NCBI RefSeq assembly: GCF_035084215.1 | Contig: NC_090340.1 | Span: 13,392,001 to 13,456,000 of the forward strand | From: Heptranchias perlo | Taxonomy: Eukaryota | Reading direction: 5' to 3' | Length of the DNA stretch: 64,000 nucleotides | Part shown: piece after piece, positions 1 through 11,846 of the stretch | Layout: the number at the start of each line of letters is the position of its first letter | Numbering within the stretch: position 1 is the stretch's first letter | Position numbers and translations under genes: made by a program | The notes under the pieces: model-generated | Databases searched by the model: none | Told to the model about the DNA's origin: nothing | Seen by the model: the letters and a program-made list of their open reading frames with translations, nothing else

Positions 1-715
1 GAGCCTATTCCATAGATTGACCACTCACTCACTGAAATATTGTTTCCGCAGATTAGTTTTGAATTTACCCCCCTTCAAGTGCAGGCCGTGTCCTCTGGTC
101 TGACTATTCTGGACAAGGTGAAATGGCTTGTCATGGTCTACATGATCCAGTCCCTTTAGAATCCTAAAAACAGCAATCATATCACCTCACAACCTTCTCT
201 TTCCCAGTGAGAACATGCCCAATTTATATAATCGCTCCTCATAATCCAATCCCTCCATCCCTCTCAATCAATCTGGTTGTTCTCTTCTGTATCCTTCCGA
301 AAGCTGCAATATCCTTTCTGTACTGTGGCGAATAGGACTGTACACAGTATTCTAAGTGTGCTCGCACCAATGATTTATAAACTGACAGATTACCTCACCA
401 TTTCAGCTCAATATTAACCTTTTAATACATCCCAACATCTGAATTGTTTTACTCCCTGCCGCCCAGCACTGTGGTGATCGCTTCAATTTATTGTCAATCA
501 GGACCCCATGCACGTTATTTTCTTTCCAGTTAAGTGACAGTCTCTCCTGCATTTTTTTGTCCCCCACTTTTGCATTTCTCTACATTGAATTTCATCTGCC
601 ACCTGTCTGCCCAATTCCCAAGTGTATTCAAATCCTCCGTGTAGTTTATACCCGTCTGCCTTCGTTAGCTTTGCATCATCTGCAAATTTTGCCAACGTGC
701 TCCATTGGAACACAG
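1..715 (-). mobile_element. Degraded CR1-like LINE RT 3' fragment
   Basis: Minus-strand remnants 'LAKFADDAKL' and 'HLEYCVQ'-like, with many stops and frameshifts. Confidence 0.7.
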
Positions 716-716
716 T

Positions 717-902
717 CAAAACAGAATTTCCCAAACGCTTTCAAACCAAAATCGGGCCTCACAAAACAGAATCTCCCAAACCCTTTAAACCAAAATCGGG
801 CCTCACAAAACAGAATCTCCCAAACCCTTTAAACCAAAATCGGGCCTCACAAAACAGAATCTCCCAAACCCTTTAAACCAAAATCGGGCCTCACAAAACA
901 GA
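717..902. repeat. 44-bp tandem repeat, about 4 copies
   Basis: AAACCAAAATCGGGCCTCACAAAACAGAATCTCCCAAACCCTTT starts at 743, 787, 831 and 875 (last copy partial), with a partial copy before 743. Confidence 0.95.
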
Positions 903-932
903 CGCGACCAGATGGCAGCAAATCCAACTTAC

Positions 933-1136
933 CCACTGAAGGATCGGGTTTGATTGGTTCGAAGGAGGTAGTGGGGTTGGACAAAGACGTGCTGCTGTCC
1001 AATGAGGCCGAAGATTCCAGCGGCTGTGTTTCCATGGTTACGGGCTGACTGGCCGGCGTTGGCACCAGGTTGAGGGGCTCCAGGCTTAAGACACTGCTGG
1101 CGTTGCTGTTGGATTCTTGCACTGACGCACTTGGCA
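933..1136 (-). CDS. E2F4: E2F4 exon (equivalent to human exon 7); gene continues beyond the left edge of the window
   Basis: tcag|TGCCAAGT...GTGG|gtaagt; 204 nt, phase 1-1; encodes ..PLESSASLDSSTSLSNPTTSFEPIKPDP, matching the E2F4 'PLQSSALLD...NPSTSFEPIK' region. Confidence 0.85.
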
Positions 1137-1620
1137 CTGAGGAAGGAACGAACAGCATTAGAAGACGCGGTGAACAACAGTCGGCAGCTCTGGCCCACGG
1201 CGGTCAGTGCACTGCAAGCTCACCACCAGCCAGACATCTGACCGCAGGTCACGGGGATGGGGTGGGGGGGGGCCAAAGGTCACCTTCACCCTCATTCCAC
1301 ACATACCACTGACAATTAGGCCTCCTGTTTAGTTTTTATTTTGTTTATAAATGAATTCTCCTAAACTATTTTTTTCAAAAATCAGAAAAACTCGTCAAGG
1401 CGCGTGGTGCAGGACATCACCAAGGTAAAAAAGTGTTCAGGAAGAGAGCAGACATCAGTGCCGGGCTTGGGTTTTAAGCTCCAAAGATCCTGGATGAAGG
1501 GAAGACTGAGGGAGAGGGATAAGGAGTTCCATTGTTTTGTTTTGTTGAAGAGTGCTAAGAATAATGAGGTAAAAACAGGAGAACCTAGAGAAGTGAGGAT
1601 ACAGAGGGGAGTGTGTGTCG

Positions 1621-1685
1621 GACGGTGCCCGCGGAACGCAGGACGGTGCCCGCGGAACGCAGGACGGTGCCCGCGGAACGCAGGA
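1621..1685. repeat. 21-bp tandem repeat x3
   Basis: GGACGGTGCCCGCGGAACGCA repeated three times. Confidence 0.9.
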
Positions 1686-2084
1686 ATTAAAAGAGGAAAG
1701 ATCGAATCCAAGTGAAACGAAAAATCAGAGGGCAGAAAATTCAAGGTTACTTAAAAACATCGGCACATTGATTCAGTCTGTCTGGTTGTATGGAGATTTT
1801 AAAAACTCTTTGCAGTCTGTCTTTTTTTCGATGTGCCCTTATTATTTTCCCCATTGGATTTTGGAGAGTTTCTTGTGAATACAGTCCAGTCTCTCTCAGA
1901 AGGTTCGAGTGTTGGTGGCGAGCAGCATTTTTGTGCAATCTGTCAGACACACAATTTTAGTTTAACAGGAACTGAGGGTTAACGTGTTCACTGGGTGTAC
2001 TCCCAACTTTAAGCTGGTCCAGAGAGAGAGAGAGAGAGAGAGCCAGCGGGAGAAAAAAGACAGAGTGAAAGAAAAAACCAGAAA

Positions 2085-2762
2085 AATACAGGTGCAGCAG
2101 GTAATCCGGAAGGCAAATGCCTTTATTTCTAGGGGGATGGAGTATAAAAGCAGGGAAGTCATGCTACAACTGTACAGGGTGCTGGTGAGACCACACCTGG
2201 ACTACCGTGTACAGTTCTGGTGTCCTTATTTAAGGAAGGACATGCTTGCATTGGAGGCAGTTCAGAGAAGGTTCACTAGGTTGATTCCGGGTATGGAAGG
2301 GTTGTCTTATGAGGAAAGACTGAACAGGTTGGGTCTATACTCATTGGAGTTTAGAAGAATGAGAGGAGATCTTATTGAAACATACAGGATTCCGAGGGGA
2401 CTCGATAGGGTAGATGCTGAAAGGATGTTACCCCTCATGGGGGAATCTAAAACTAGGGGGCATAGTCTCAGAATAAGGGGTCGCCCGTTTAAGACGGAAA
2501 TGAGGAGGAATTTCTTCTCCCAGAGGGTCGTGAATCTTTGAAATTCTTTACCCCAAAAAGCTGTGGAGGCTGAGTCATTGAATACATTCAAGGCTGAGTT
2601 AGACAAATTTTTGATCAGCAAGAGAGTCAAAGAATATGGGGAAAAGGCGGGAAAGTGGAGTTGAGGTAAAAATCAGATCAGTCATGATCTCATTAAATGG
2701 CGGAGCAGGCTCGAGGGGCCGAATGGCCTACTCTTGCTCCTATCTCTTATGGTCTTATTATG
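2085..2762 (+). mobile_element. CR1 LINE 3' fragment with 3' UTR
   Basis: LVRPHLDYRVQFWCPYLRKD...RRMRGDLIETY...RRNFFSQRVVNL followed by a CR1-type tail. Confidence 0.9.
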
Positions 2763-3364
2763 GTCAAAGAGCAAGGGAGGCAGAGAAAGAGAGAGGGAAA
2801 AAGAGAGAGAGAGAGAGAGAGACTTCAAATTCACAGCACAGAAACCAAAAATTCGGCCCAACTGATCCATGTCGGTGATTATGCTCCACATGAGCCTCCT
2901 CTCAACATTCTTCATCTCAGAGAGAGACAGAGAGAGTGTGTGTTTGGGGGGGGGGGGGCGGGGGTATGGAGGTGAAGAACCCCATTTTAAACAATGGAAC
3001 GATACACCATATTTGAATCGCTCTCCAAACCTTCTGCAGGCCACCAGACTTCACTGGTGGTGTTTTCATTTTATTTAATTTGAAATTAAGGTAAACTCTA
3101 ACGGCCCAATGTACAAGTGCGTCTCCTGGTAGCCATAATGGCACGTGTGATAGTTAAGCTGTGGTCATCATGATGCCTTTGGTAGCCACGGCGATGCATG
3201 GGGTCGTTAAGTGAAGACGTACATTTTCGACACCAGACTGGGTCTAAAGTTGACCTGCTGAGTTCACCTCATCAAGTCTCTGCCACCCTTTCCCAGTCTA
3301 TCATTTGACCTCCGACCCCCCGCAGAAATTCAAAGTTGACCTGGCGGCAGTGGGCGGTGCTCAC

Positions 3365-3647
3365 CTGTGGGCGTTGCTGCTGTGGGCCGGGGCGGAGATA
3401 TCTGTGGGGCAGCGGGCAGAGTGGCAGGTCGGGCCGGGGACCTCGGCTCGGTCTCATGGTGGCTGGCCAGTGCCGGCCTCTGTGGGGTGGTGGGCACCAT
3501 GGGCGGGCACTGAATCAGGTCTTCAGGCGGGGGTACCGGGACCACCACCGGGGAGGAGGACGACGTGTCCTTGTTCACCAGCAACACGTTGATGGGACCT
3601 GTCGTGCTCTTCAGGTGAATCTGGTATTTCTTCTGTCCATTCAGGCC
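3365..3647 (-). CDS. E2F4: E2F4 exon (equivalent to human exon 6; marked box and Pro-rich segment)
   Basis: ccag|GGCCTG...ACAG|gtgagc; 283 nt; GLNGQKKYQIHLKSTTGPINVLLVNKDTSSSSPVVVPVPPPEDL. Confidence 0.95.
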
Positions 3648-4110
3648 CTGGAACACAAACAGCACGTCAGCAAACCAAACAGACAAGGGCAGGTGGGGAG
3701 GGCACCTTTAAACCTTAAAGGTGCAGGCACAGAATAACTGACCTCTAAAGCCTTTATGTGACATAGATCATGTGATCTTCAGAGCTCATGTGCGGGGGAG
3801 GGGGCAACTTTTTACTATCTTACAGTTAGAGAATGGTGAAGAATTTACAGTAGACACACAGATTACCAGAATGATCTCAATCTAAAAGAGGGGAAAAGAA
3901 GGGGCTGGGGCGGTGTGGGAAAGAGGCAGAAGGAGAAGGAGAGAAGCCCCCCGGGGGGGCGAACGCAGGGCGAGGGAAAGGGGGGGGGGGCAGGATGAGG
4001 GGGGGCCCCAAGGAAGGGCGCGGGGGTGGCCAAAGGGCGCGGGGCGAGAGGGGCGCGGGGCGAGAGGCGGAGGGGATGTGCGAGTGTGTGATGTCAAATA
4101 ATGGACTCAC

Positions 4111-4175
4111 CCCTTCTGGAATGGGAACCTCCAGCTGTGTGCCTGAGGGTGCCTGGATGGCTAACAGAGTATCAC
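4111..4175 (-). CDS. E2F4: E2F4 exon (equivalent to human exon 5)
   Basis: ccag|GTGAT...GAAGGG|gtgagt; 65 nt; GDTLLAIQAPSGTQLEVPIPEG. Confidence 0.95.
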
Positions 4176-4609
4176 CTGGACACGGAGAGAAGAAACACAT
4201 TACTGGACAGGTTGGAATCTGAGGAAATCATCATTCAATCCCACACTGTGCTCAACACCACCACCAGGCCCAGCCTGGAGGGGGCAGGATCGGGGCAAGC
4301 AACAGACCAGAGGTCATCACGATGTGTGAACAACAACTGTAAATAAATTGGTAAATACATCGCAGGTCCTGCTCCACAAGCCCCTCCCATCACAAATACA
4401 AAAACTCAGCCTTGAGGGAGCAAAGTTGAGGGAGGGGGGGAATTTATTAGGGGACACTGCACAATGAGACCATCTATTCAACGATGCGTCTTGCAATAAT
4501 TCTCTCCCCCCCAACTGTGCACATCTCTAACATCCCTTCCCTGCTTCCCAGGATTATCCTCCCGAATCCTGGGAACTATTCCCACTCGACACGGACAAGT
4601 GTTCCTTAC

Positions 4610-4653
4610 CTTTAAAACATCGGCACATATCTTCGTGCGTCACATATGCTAAC
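4610..4653 (-). CDS. E2F4: E2F4 exon (equivalent to human exon 4)
   Basis: ctac|GTTAGCA...AAAG|gtaagg; 44 nt; LAYVTHEDMCRCFK. Confidence 0.95.
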
Positions 4654-6054
4654 GTAGAAAACAGTTAAGGACACACAACGCTGAGAGGAGAGTCCGCTTT
4701 GACCCAGAGAAGCCTGATCGGGTGTTCCATTACAGCGCTCACACACCCGGACCCATGTTTGAATATAAACCAGCTCTAAATTGGTAAACAGCTGCCTTAT
4801 CGCCCAATGGCCAAGTGGCAGCCCAACACTCTTAACTTTAAACGTTCTACATCCGGGGCAGCAGCCCGGGGTCTGGGGTTAGGTGTTGGGAGAGAGAGAA
4901 AGACAATTGTTTGTCCCGGGGTTAAGGAGACAGTCAGCCAGGGCTCCCAGGCCTGACTGCGATCCAGCAACCCCTGGTGGAGAGTTTGTGTGCGCACAAC
5001 AGGATGCGACCTGGCATGATGCAACCTCACGGTCGAATAGCCCACCGAGACTCCCCGCCTTGGATCACGCACAAGGAGTGGCCGTTTGGACAAGGTCCCA
5101 GACAACCATGGAACCTTACTCCAGTGAGAGGAGGAGGGGAGAAGCTAGAATAAAATGGTGGGACGGGAACGAAGGGGTCTGGGAAAACACGAGAGTCAAA
5201 CAGACAGTCGTGCTCATCAGTGTTGGCCACTGTCATCAACGGTCAGGGTCACCAGGGTCAGTGTCGGCTGGTGTCACCAGAGGCCAGTGTGAGAATGGAT
5301 CAGTGCGCCAAGGATGAGTGTGAGCACGGGTCAGGGTCACCAGAAGTCAGTGTGAGCTCAGGTCAGTGTGCCGGGGTGAGTGTGAGCACAGGTCTGGGTC
5401 ACCAGAGGTCAGTGTGCCGGGGTGAGTGTGAGCACGGGTCTGGGTCACCAGAGGTCAGTGTGAGCTCAGGTCAGTGTGCCGGGGTGAGTGTGAGCACGGG
5501 TCAGTGTCACCAGAGGTCAATGAGAGTTCGGGTCAGTGTGCTGGGGTGAGTGTGAGCACGGGTCAGGGTCACCAGAGGTCAATGAGAGTTCGGGTCAGTG
5601 TGCCGGGGTGAGTGTGAGCACGGGTCAGGGTCACCAGAGGTCAATGAGAGTTCGGGTCAGTGTGCTGGGGTGAGTGTGAGCACGGGTCAGGGTCACCAGA
5701 GGTCAATGAGAGTTCGGGTCAGTGTGCCGGGGTGAGTGTGAGCACGGGTCAGTGTCGGCTAGTGTCACCAGGGGCCTGATTGATCCGGGAGGGGAACCCC
5801 GTGGGGTAATAGTACAGGTGGGAGAAGCCATGCCCCATCTAGCCAGGCTCCACTCCGCCACCTCACTGAATCTACCCGGAAAGGCAAACTGGGCAGAGCC
5901 AATGGGCTGTTTTGGGCACTCAGCCAGCCAAGCAATGCCGAACCAATGGGAGGCTGCACACAACCTGAGTTTGAGGCGGTCAGCCTGCAGGGGTCACAAC
6001 AAAATGGGGGAGCTGGAGGGGGAGGGGGAGCTGGAGGGTTGTGCCAAAGGATAT
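4654..6054 (-). other. E2F4: U12-type (minor spliceosome) AT-AC intron of E2F4
   Basis: 5' splice site ATATCCTTT (6054-6046), branch site TCCTTAAC (4671-4664), terminal AC (4655-4654); splicing joins ENS-R-LAYVTHED in frame. Confidence 0.95.
5240..5770. repeat. About 62-bp composite minisatellite inside the U12 intron
   Basis: GGGTCAGTGTGCCGGGGTGAGTGTGAGCACGGGTCAGGGTCACCAGAGGTCAATGAGAGTTC units at about 5530, 5592, 5654 and 5716, plus degenerate upstream copies. Confidence 0.9.
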
Positions 6055-6216
6055 CTGCTGTTCTCTATGTCGTCTGTCACGTTCTGAATGCTCTGCTGTA
6101 CCCAGACTCGCTGCTGGTCCAGCTCTTGCTCCCGTCGGTCCAGGTCCTCGAGCTCTGCCTTCAGGTCGATGAGATTGTCCGCAATCTCCCGCGTGTTGCA
6201 TCCTGGGCCCACTCCT
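6055..6216 (-). CDS. E2F4: E2F4 exon (equivalent to human exon 3; coiled-coil dimerization region)
   Basis: cacag|AGGAGTG...AGCAG|atatcc; 162 nt; [53 protein letters not shown] is E2F4-type rather than E2F5-type. Confidence 0.95.
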
Positions 6217-7611
6217 CTGTGACCGAGAACAAAAGACACATGCTGCAAATTACTGCCTGCTCTGGACTGGAAACAGAAATACTGGAACGCACAATCGGAC
6301 TAACAGGAAGGGCCTTCGGTCCAACCCCCTCACCAACCACTGATGGCTCAGCGGGAGTAAACACCGCCCAGTGTGGGATCCAGCATCCCAGCCTGGCAGG
6401 CTCCACCTTGGTTTAGAATGTTACCACTTGGGGCTGCAGCCCTTGGGGGAAGGGGAGATATAAGTGACCATAACTCTGGTTCCCAATCACCACATGCGGT
6501 GACAACCCCTGGATAGAATCCAGCACGGTGGCGATGCCCCCCGTGGGCGAATGGCCGGCCAGCACTCACCGTCTGGTCTCACACGTGGGGAATGGGCACT
6601 TGGGCCGGGTGTTAACGGCCTCAGGGGAGAGGAGAAAATGGCAAGGCGCGGAGAAAAGACCGGATAAGCCAAATCCAGCAGGACCCGACTCCATCCTACA
6701 TCCGGCCGATAGGGGGATTAGGGAGAGTGGTCCTTCACGCTCACCCCACCCAAGACATGTCCATCCCTGTTCCCCAGGAGCACGAGATTATCACTTCCCC
6801 TGTCCACCTCCTGAGGAGGAACAATAAAAGGGCAGATCGTCCTCTTAAAATAAATACAGATGTTTCTTAAAACCCCAGCTCGGGCCAGGGGAGAGGAGGA
6901 GAGAAAACGGGAAGGAAACAAAGTTAGTGAAAAATAAAAAAAAATTGTTTTAAAGTCCCGATTAACCTGCCCCTATTTACATCCTCACCAACCCCACTGT
7001 GGGGCGAACACAGGGGGAAAGGGAGACTGAGGAACAGCCCACTCAGCAATAATGTCCACGAGATGGGAATATTCCCCACTTTGGGATCCGGCAGAGTGAC
7101 AAAATGGGAACTACGGCCAACAAACCAAGCTGGTGGAGCAAGAGCACGCTGCTCTCCTCCCCCGTCACGGGTTGTGGGAGAGGATGAAGCATTTGATCAG
7201 ATGTTGTCGCCCCCAGATCTTACCCACTCAAACATTCTGAAGCCAAGAAAGATGTGAGAGTGGCATCTGGCGACGGGAGACATTCCCCGCTGGAATCCAC
7301 AGCTGGCCAGCGGTTATCGGTGGAAGCTTCAGGATCGAAGATCAACCGGCCTATTAAAGCAGAGCGCCAGTCCGTGCAAAGAAACAGGCTTTGCGGCCTA
7401 CCTGACTCGGAGCCTGAGGGAGCAGCAATGCTGGCCAGCTCCAGACCATGGGAACGGAGCAAAGTCAATCGCTGTCCTTTAAAAACCCAGCATTCCTGAC
7501 TTAAGGCCTGAGGAAATCCTCATGTGCTCACTGAGCTGACAAGTTATCCTGAAGATCGTATGTCGGCAGGAATGTGTTCTGCGAGCCAGAAATTCCCACT
7601 TTGTAAACCAA

Positions 7612-8030
7612 GGTGTTAGCAGTGGCTCAGTGGGTAGCACTCTCGTCTTTGAGTCAGAAGGTCACGGGTTCAAGCCTCCGTCCAGATTTGAGCACATAAA
7701 TCCAGGCTGACGCTCCAGTGCGGTACTGAGGGGAGAGTTGCACTGTTGGAGGTGCCGTCTTATGGATGAGACGTTAAACTGAGGCCCCATCTGTCCTCTC
7801 AGGTGGACGTAAAAAATCCCATGGCACTATTTCAAAGAAGAGCAGGGGAGTTCTCCCTGGTGTCCTGGCCGATATTTATCCCTCAACTAACATCACTAAA
7901 AAACAGATTATCTGGTCATTATCGCAATGCTATTTGTGGGATCTTGCTGTGCGCAAATTGGCTGCCATGATTCTTACATTACAACAGTGACTACACTTCA
8001 TTAGCTGTAAAGTGCTTTGGGACATCCTGA
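7612..8030 (+). mobile_element. tRNA-derived Deu-domain SINE (SacSINE1-like) with L2-like tail
   Basis: A box GTGGCTCAGTGG, B box GGTTCAAGCC, core 'ggaggtgccgtct..ggatgagacgttaaac.gagg...atcccatggcactattt'; many copies in the window. Confidence 0.8.
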
Positions 8031-8089
8031 TTGTCCCTGTGGGAAATGGCTGTTGACGATCATATTTTAAAACTGGGGAGACCGGGATA

Positions 8090-8488
8090 AAAATCCCAGG
8101 GTGGCAGTTTGAGAATTTGATTTCACTTTTGAAATAAAAGCTGAAAATAAAAAGCTGGTAGGTCAAAGTGACCAGGATGCTGTTGGATTGTCGTTAAAAA
8201 CCCAACTGGTTCACCAATGTCCCTTTAGGGAAGGAAACCTGCCGCCCCTACCCGCTCCAGAATATACGTGATCCAGTCCCACACCAACCTCTTGGCTGCC
8301 CTCTGAAGAGGCCTCGCAAACCACCCATTTACAAAGAATAAAATCCCTCCCTAACAGCACTGTGGGAGCACTTTCACCACATGGTTCAAGGTTGCGGCCT
8401 TGCCACCTTCTTGGGGCAACTAGGGACGGGCAATAAATGCCGGCCTTGCCAGCGATGCCCACATCCCCAGGATGAATTTAAATAAAAA
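8090..8488 (+). mobile_element. Second SINE-like family ending in the 3' tail of the LINE at 16658
   Basis: Body 'aaaaacccaactggttcac.aatgtcc.tttagggaagg'; tail 'gggcaataaatgccggccttgccagcgatgcccacatccc'. Confidence 0.65.
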
Positions 8489-9219
8489 GTGCCAGGGATT
8501 GACAATGAGTTGGTATGGGAATGTTTGGTTGCTGCCTGGTCACACTATTATTCCCCTTGGCCTGTTGTCCAGCTTGTGTTGACATTGTCTTGTCCATCAA
8601 CAGACCGCCCAAAGTGTCAAACTGTGATCGCGAGGGGAGAGAGGGTGGGCCGAAGGGCAGTCGGGCTGCCGGCTGATTCTAGGTTCACCGCTTTCCTCAC
8701 CATTTTATCCCCCCGTCCCTGTCCAAGTGGTGGGTCTCGTTGGGGGTACAGTTGGCGCTGCCCTGGCAACCTTCCACTGCCCCGTCCCCGTTGACCAGTC
8801 TTTGCCCAGGCGGTGAACGCCAGTGAGCTATTCAACAGTGGAGTGACGTCGCGGTAGAGCAGGAGCCCGTGACCACCGCGGCCGAGCGGCTTTCCCCCAA
8901 CCGAGATTGGTTAATATGCAGCAGGAAACAGAACCGCCATCTTGTGACCCACGCCACTCTGTGCCACTCTGGGTGCCGCCTTTACCCATCGAGCCTTCGG
9001 GGAGCTCGGGTTTCAAGTTTCACTTCAAACAGTGCCCGGTGCTCCCGGACAAAAACTGATTCCCCAATTATTCAGTGCACAGGCTCAAAGTCCCACGTGG
9101 CGTGCGAGGAGTGACTGAGGGGCATGATTCCTTCTCTTGGGCCCCTACTTTAAATCCTTACAGATTAGCAGAGGAAAATTTAGTGCGGGACCCTCTGAGG
9201 GACAGTATTTTAGGTTTTA

Positions 9220-9605
9220 GTCAAGCCCCAGTCCAGAGACTTGAGCACTCGATCTAGGCCGACACTTCAGTGCAGTGCTGAGGGAGTGCTGCACTGTCGG
9301 GGATGCCGGATGAGATGTTAACCTGAGGCCCTGCCTACCTGTTCCTGTGGTTCGGGTGGATGTACCAGATGCATTTAAGGGGAAGCCCGATAAACACATG
9401 AGGGAGAAAGGAATAGAAGTTTATGTTAATAGGGTGAGACGAGGTGGGGAGGGAGGAGGATCGTGTGGAGCATAAACACCAGCATAGACCTTTTGGGCCG
9501 AATGGCCTGTTCCTGTGCTGTAAATTCTATGTCGATCCCATGGCACCATTCCGAGACGGGCAACATGTGTCCGACCGGCGTTCCTCCCTCAACCAACACA
9601 TCAAC
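9220..9605 (+). mobile_element. Deu-SINE fragment interrupted by a CR1 3' tail
   Basis: SINE body 9220-9365, CR1 tail about 9368-9532, SINE resumes at 'gatcccatggcac'. Confidence 0.65.
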
Positions 9606-9925
9606 ATCTCACTCGTCTCTTGCTGTTTGCGCTCAAAATGGCGGCCATGTTTGCCTCCATACGTCACTCCATTCCAAAACACATCCCTTGTGTGTAAGTG
9701 TGGTGAGAGATTGTACAAGTTGCTATTTAGTGCAAGGGTGTCTTTTAAATGGAGGCTGAAGTTTGCCCAGTCTGTGGTTCGTGCCTCATTCACTCGCGTC
9801 GGGTGAAACTTTGCCGATTACTGGGCGTTGGCTCGTTGGATGGATTGGTGGGGGGGGGGTGGGGGCGGGGAGATGGGGAAGGTCAGAGATTTCAAAACGT
9901 ACAAGATCCGGCCTAGGCTGGAGAA

Positions 9926-10402
9926 ATGTGTCGAGGGTGCCCCCCCACCCCACCCCGAGCAGGGTGTCGAGGGTGCCCCCCCACCCCACCCCGAGCAGGG
10001 TGTCGAGGGTGCCCCCCCACCCCACCCCGAGCAGGGTGTCGAGGGTGCCCCCCCCACCCCACCCCGAGCAGGGTGTCGAGGGTGCCCCCCACCCCACCCC
10101 GAGCAGGGTGTCGAGGGTGCCCCCCACCCCACCCCCGAGCAGGGTGTCGAGGGGTGCCCCCCCACCCCACCCCGAGCAGGGTGTCGAGGGTGCCCCCCCA
10201 CCCCACCCCGAGCAGGGTGTCGAGGGTGCCCCCCACCCCACCCCGAGCAGGGTGTCGAGGGTGCCCCCCCACCCCACCCCGAGCAGGGTGTCGAGGGTGC
10301 CCCCCCCACCCCACCCCGAGCAGGGTGTCGAGGGTGCCCCCCACCCCACCCCGAGCAGGGTGTCGAGGGTGCCCCCCCCACCCAACCCCGAGCAGGGTGC
10401 CC
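9926..10402. repeat. About 37-bp GC-rich minisatellite, about 13 copies
   Basis: GTGTCGAGGGTGC(n)ACCCCACCCCGAGCAGG with a variable C-run. Confidence 0.95.
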
Positions 10403-11204
10403 AGTCAAACACCGCTGTAATAGCTGAAGTCGGTTGTGCAGTTCTTCTGACTCAGCAGATGGGTTGGGGGCGAGGGAGAAGAGTGTCGATACTTTACAGG
10501 AATATTCAAGAGTAGAGCTGTCCCTGGAATAATCTATGGGGAAATGCGTCCAGTGAATTGTTGGTGATATATTTTTTTTTAAATTAAAAAAAACAAAGAT
10601 TCAAGTTGTGAAAGTAAGCTGGGAGATGGTGACCTTTCACCTTTCGGACCAGGGTTTAAATCCAGCCAAGTGGAGGGAGGACGGTCTGTCTGTCGGGTGA
10701 TTGGGTCCTCTCTGAAATGAGGTCGGGCGGAGTCTGTCCAGTGTCAGTGGGCACAGGTACAAAACTGCCCACAGTTAAATACCAAGATGGCAGTGTCGTT
10801 TGGACCGTCAAGATCGCTGATGTGGGAAATGGAATCCATCGTCCTGATGCTGTGGGTCAGGGCTGTGCACAGGTTGGGCCACAGGTCAGTGAGAATCAAA
10901 GACCCCCCGCCCCCCCATGCTGAACGTCCCTGTCCTGCTCCCACACTCTCCGCTCCCTGCTGACCTTTACTTCACCAGGTGAACCTTTCAGCCTCTTCCA
11001 ACTTCCTGCTCCTGAAAGGTGCTTCCTGATTGGTGGGAAATACTGCTCCTTGATTGGTTTAAATGCACCAATCAAGAAGCAGCTTGAATAACTCTCACGA
11101 CCCAAGGACTTGAACAAGTCAGGAGGCAAACGGAGGGAGGGGCCGCCGGGGGGGGGGGCCAATGGGCCACGTGTTGGACACCGCCACCATCACTAAAACT
11201 AATT

Positions 11205-11646
11205 ATATGCTCATTTATCACACTGCTATTTGTGGGAGCTTGCTGTGTGCAATTTAACTGCCGCATTGCCCTTTATTATAACAGTGACCACACTTCAAAA
11301 AGTATTTCATTGGCTGTAAAGTGCTTTGGGGCGTCCTGAGGTCGTGAAAGGCATTATATAACAACAACAACAATTTGTATTTATATAAAGCCTTGAATGT
11401 AATAAAATGTCCTAAGGTGCTTTACAGGAGCGATTATCAGGCAAAATTTAACACCAAGCCACGTAAGAAGATATTACGACAGGTGGCCAAAAGCTTGGTC
11501 ATAGAGGTAGGTTTTAAGGAGCGTCTCAAAGGAGGAGAAAGAGGGAGAGAGGCGGAGAGAGGGGGGAGAGAGGGGGAGAGAGGGGGGAGAGAGGCAGAGA
11601 GAGGCGGAGAGAGGGGGAGAGAGGGGGAGAGGGGGAGAGAGGCAGA
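11205..11646. mobile_element. SINE/L2 tail (+) abutting an L2 3' end (-), running into GA-rich microsatellite
   Basis: 'gtaaagtgctttggggcgtcctgagg' followed by 'acaacaatttgtatttatataaagcc...gtaggttttaaggagcgtct'. Confidence 0.65.
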
Positions 11647-11846
11647 NNNNNNNNNNNNNNNNNNNNNNNNNNNNNNNNNNNNNNNNNNNNNNNNNNNNNN
11701 NNNNNNNNNNNNNNNNNNNNNNNNNNNNNNNNNNNNNNNNNNNNNNNNNNNNNNNNNNNNNNNNNNNNNNNNNNNNNNNNNNNNNNNNNNNNNNNNNNNN
11801 NNNNNNNNNNNNNNNNNNNNNNNNNNNNNNNNNNNNNNNNNNNNNN
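11647..11846. other. Assembly gap (200 N)
   Basis: Run of exactly 200 N; a round size suggests a scaffold join of unknown true length. Confidence 0.99.

Noticed and set aside
7612-7690. tRNA genes here and at 34860, 37720, 41660, 51240 and 58340
   Set aside because: A and B boxes run straight into SINE bodies with no complete cloverleaf; they are SINE heads
9763-10515. 196-250-aa repetitive ORFs
   Set aside because: Product of the 37-bp minisatellite with frame-shifting C-runs
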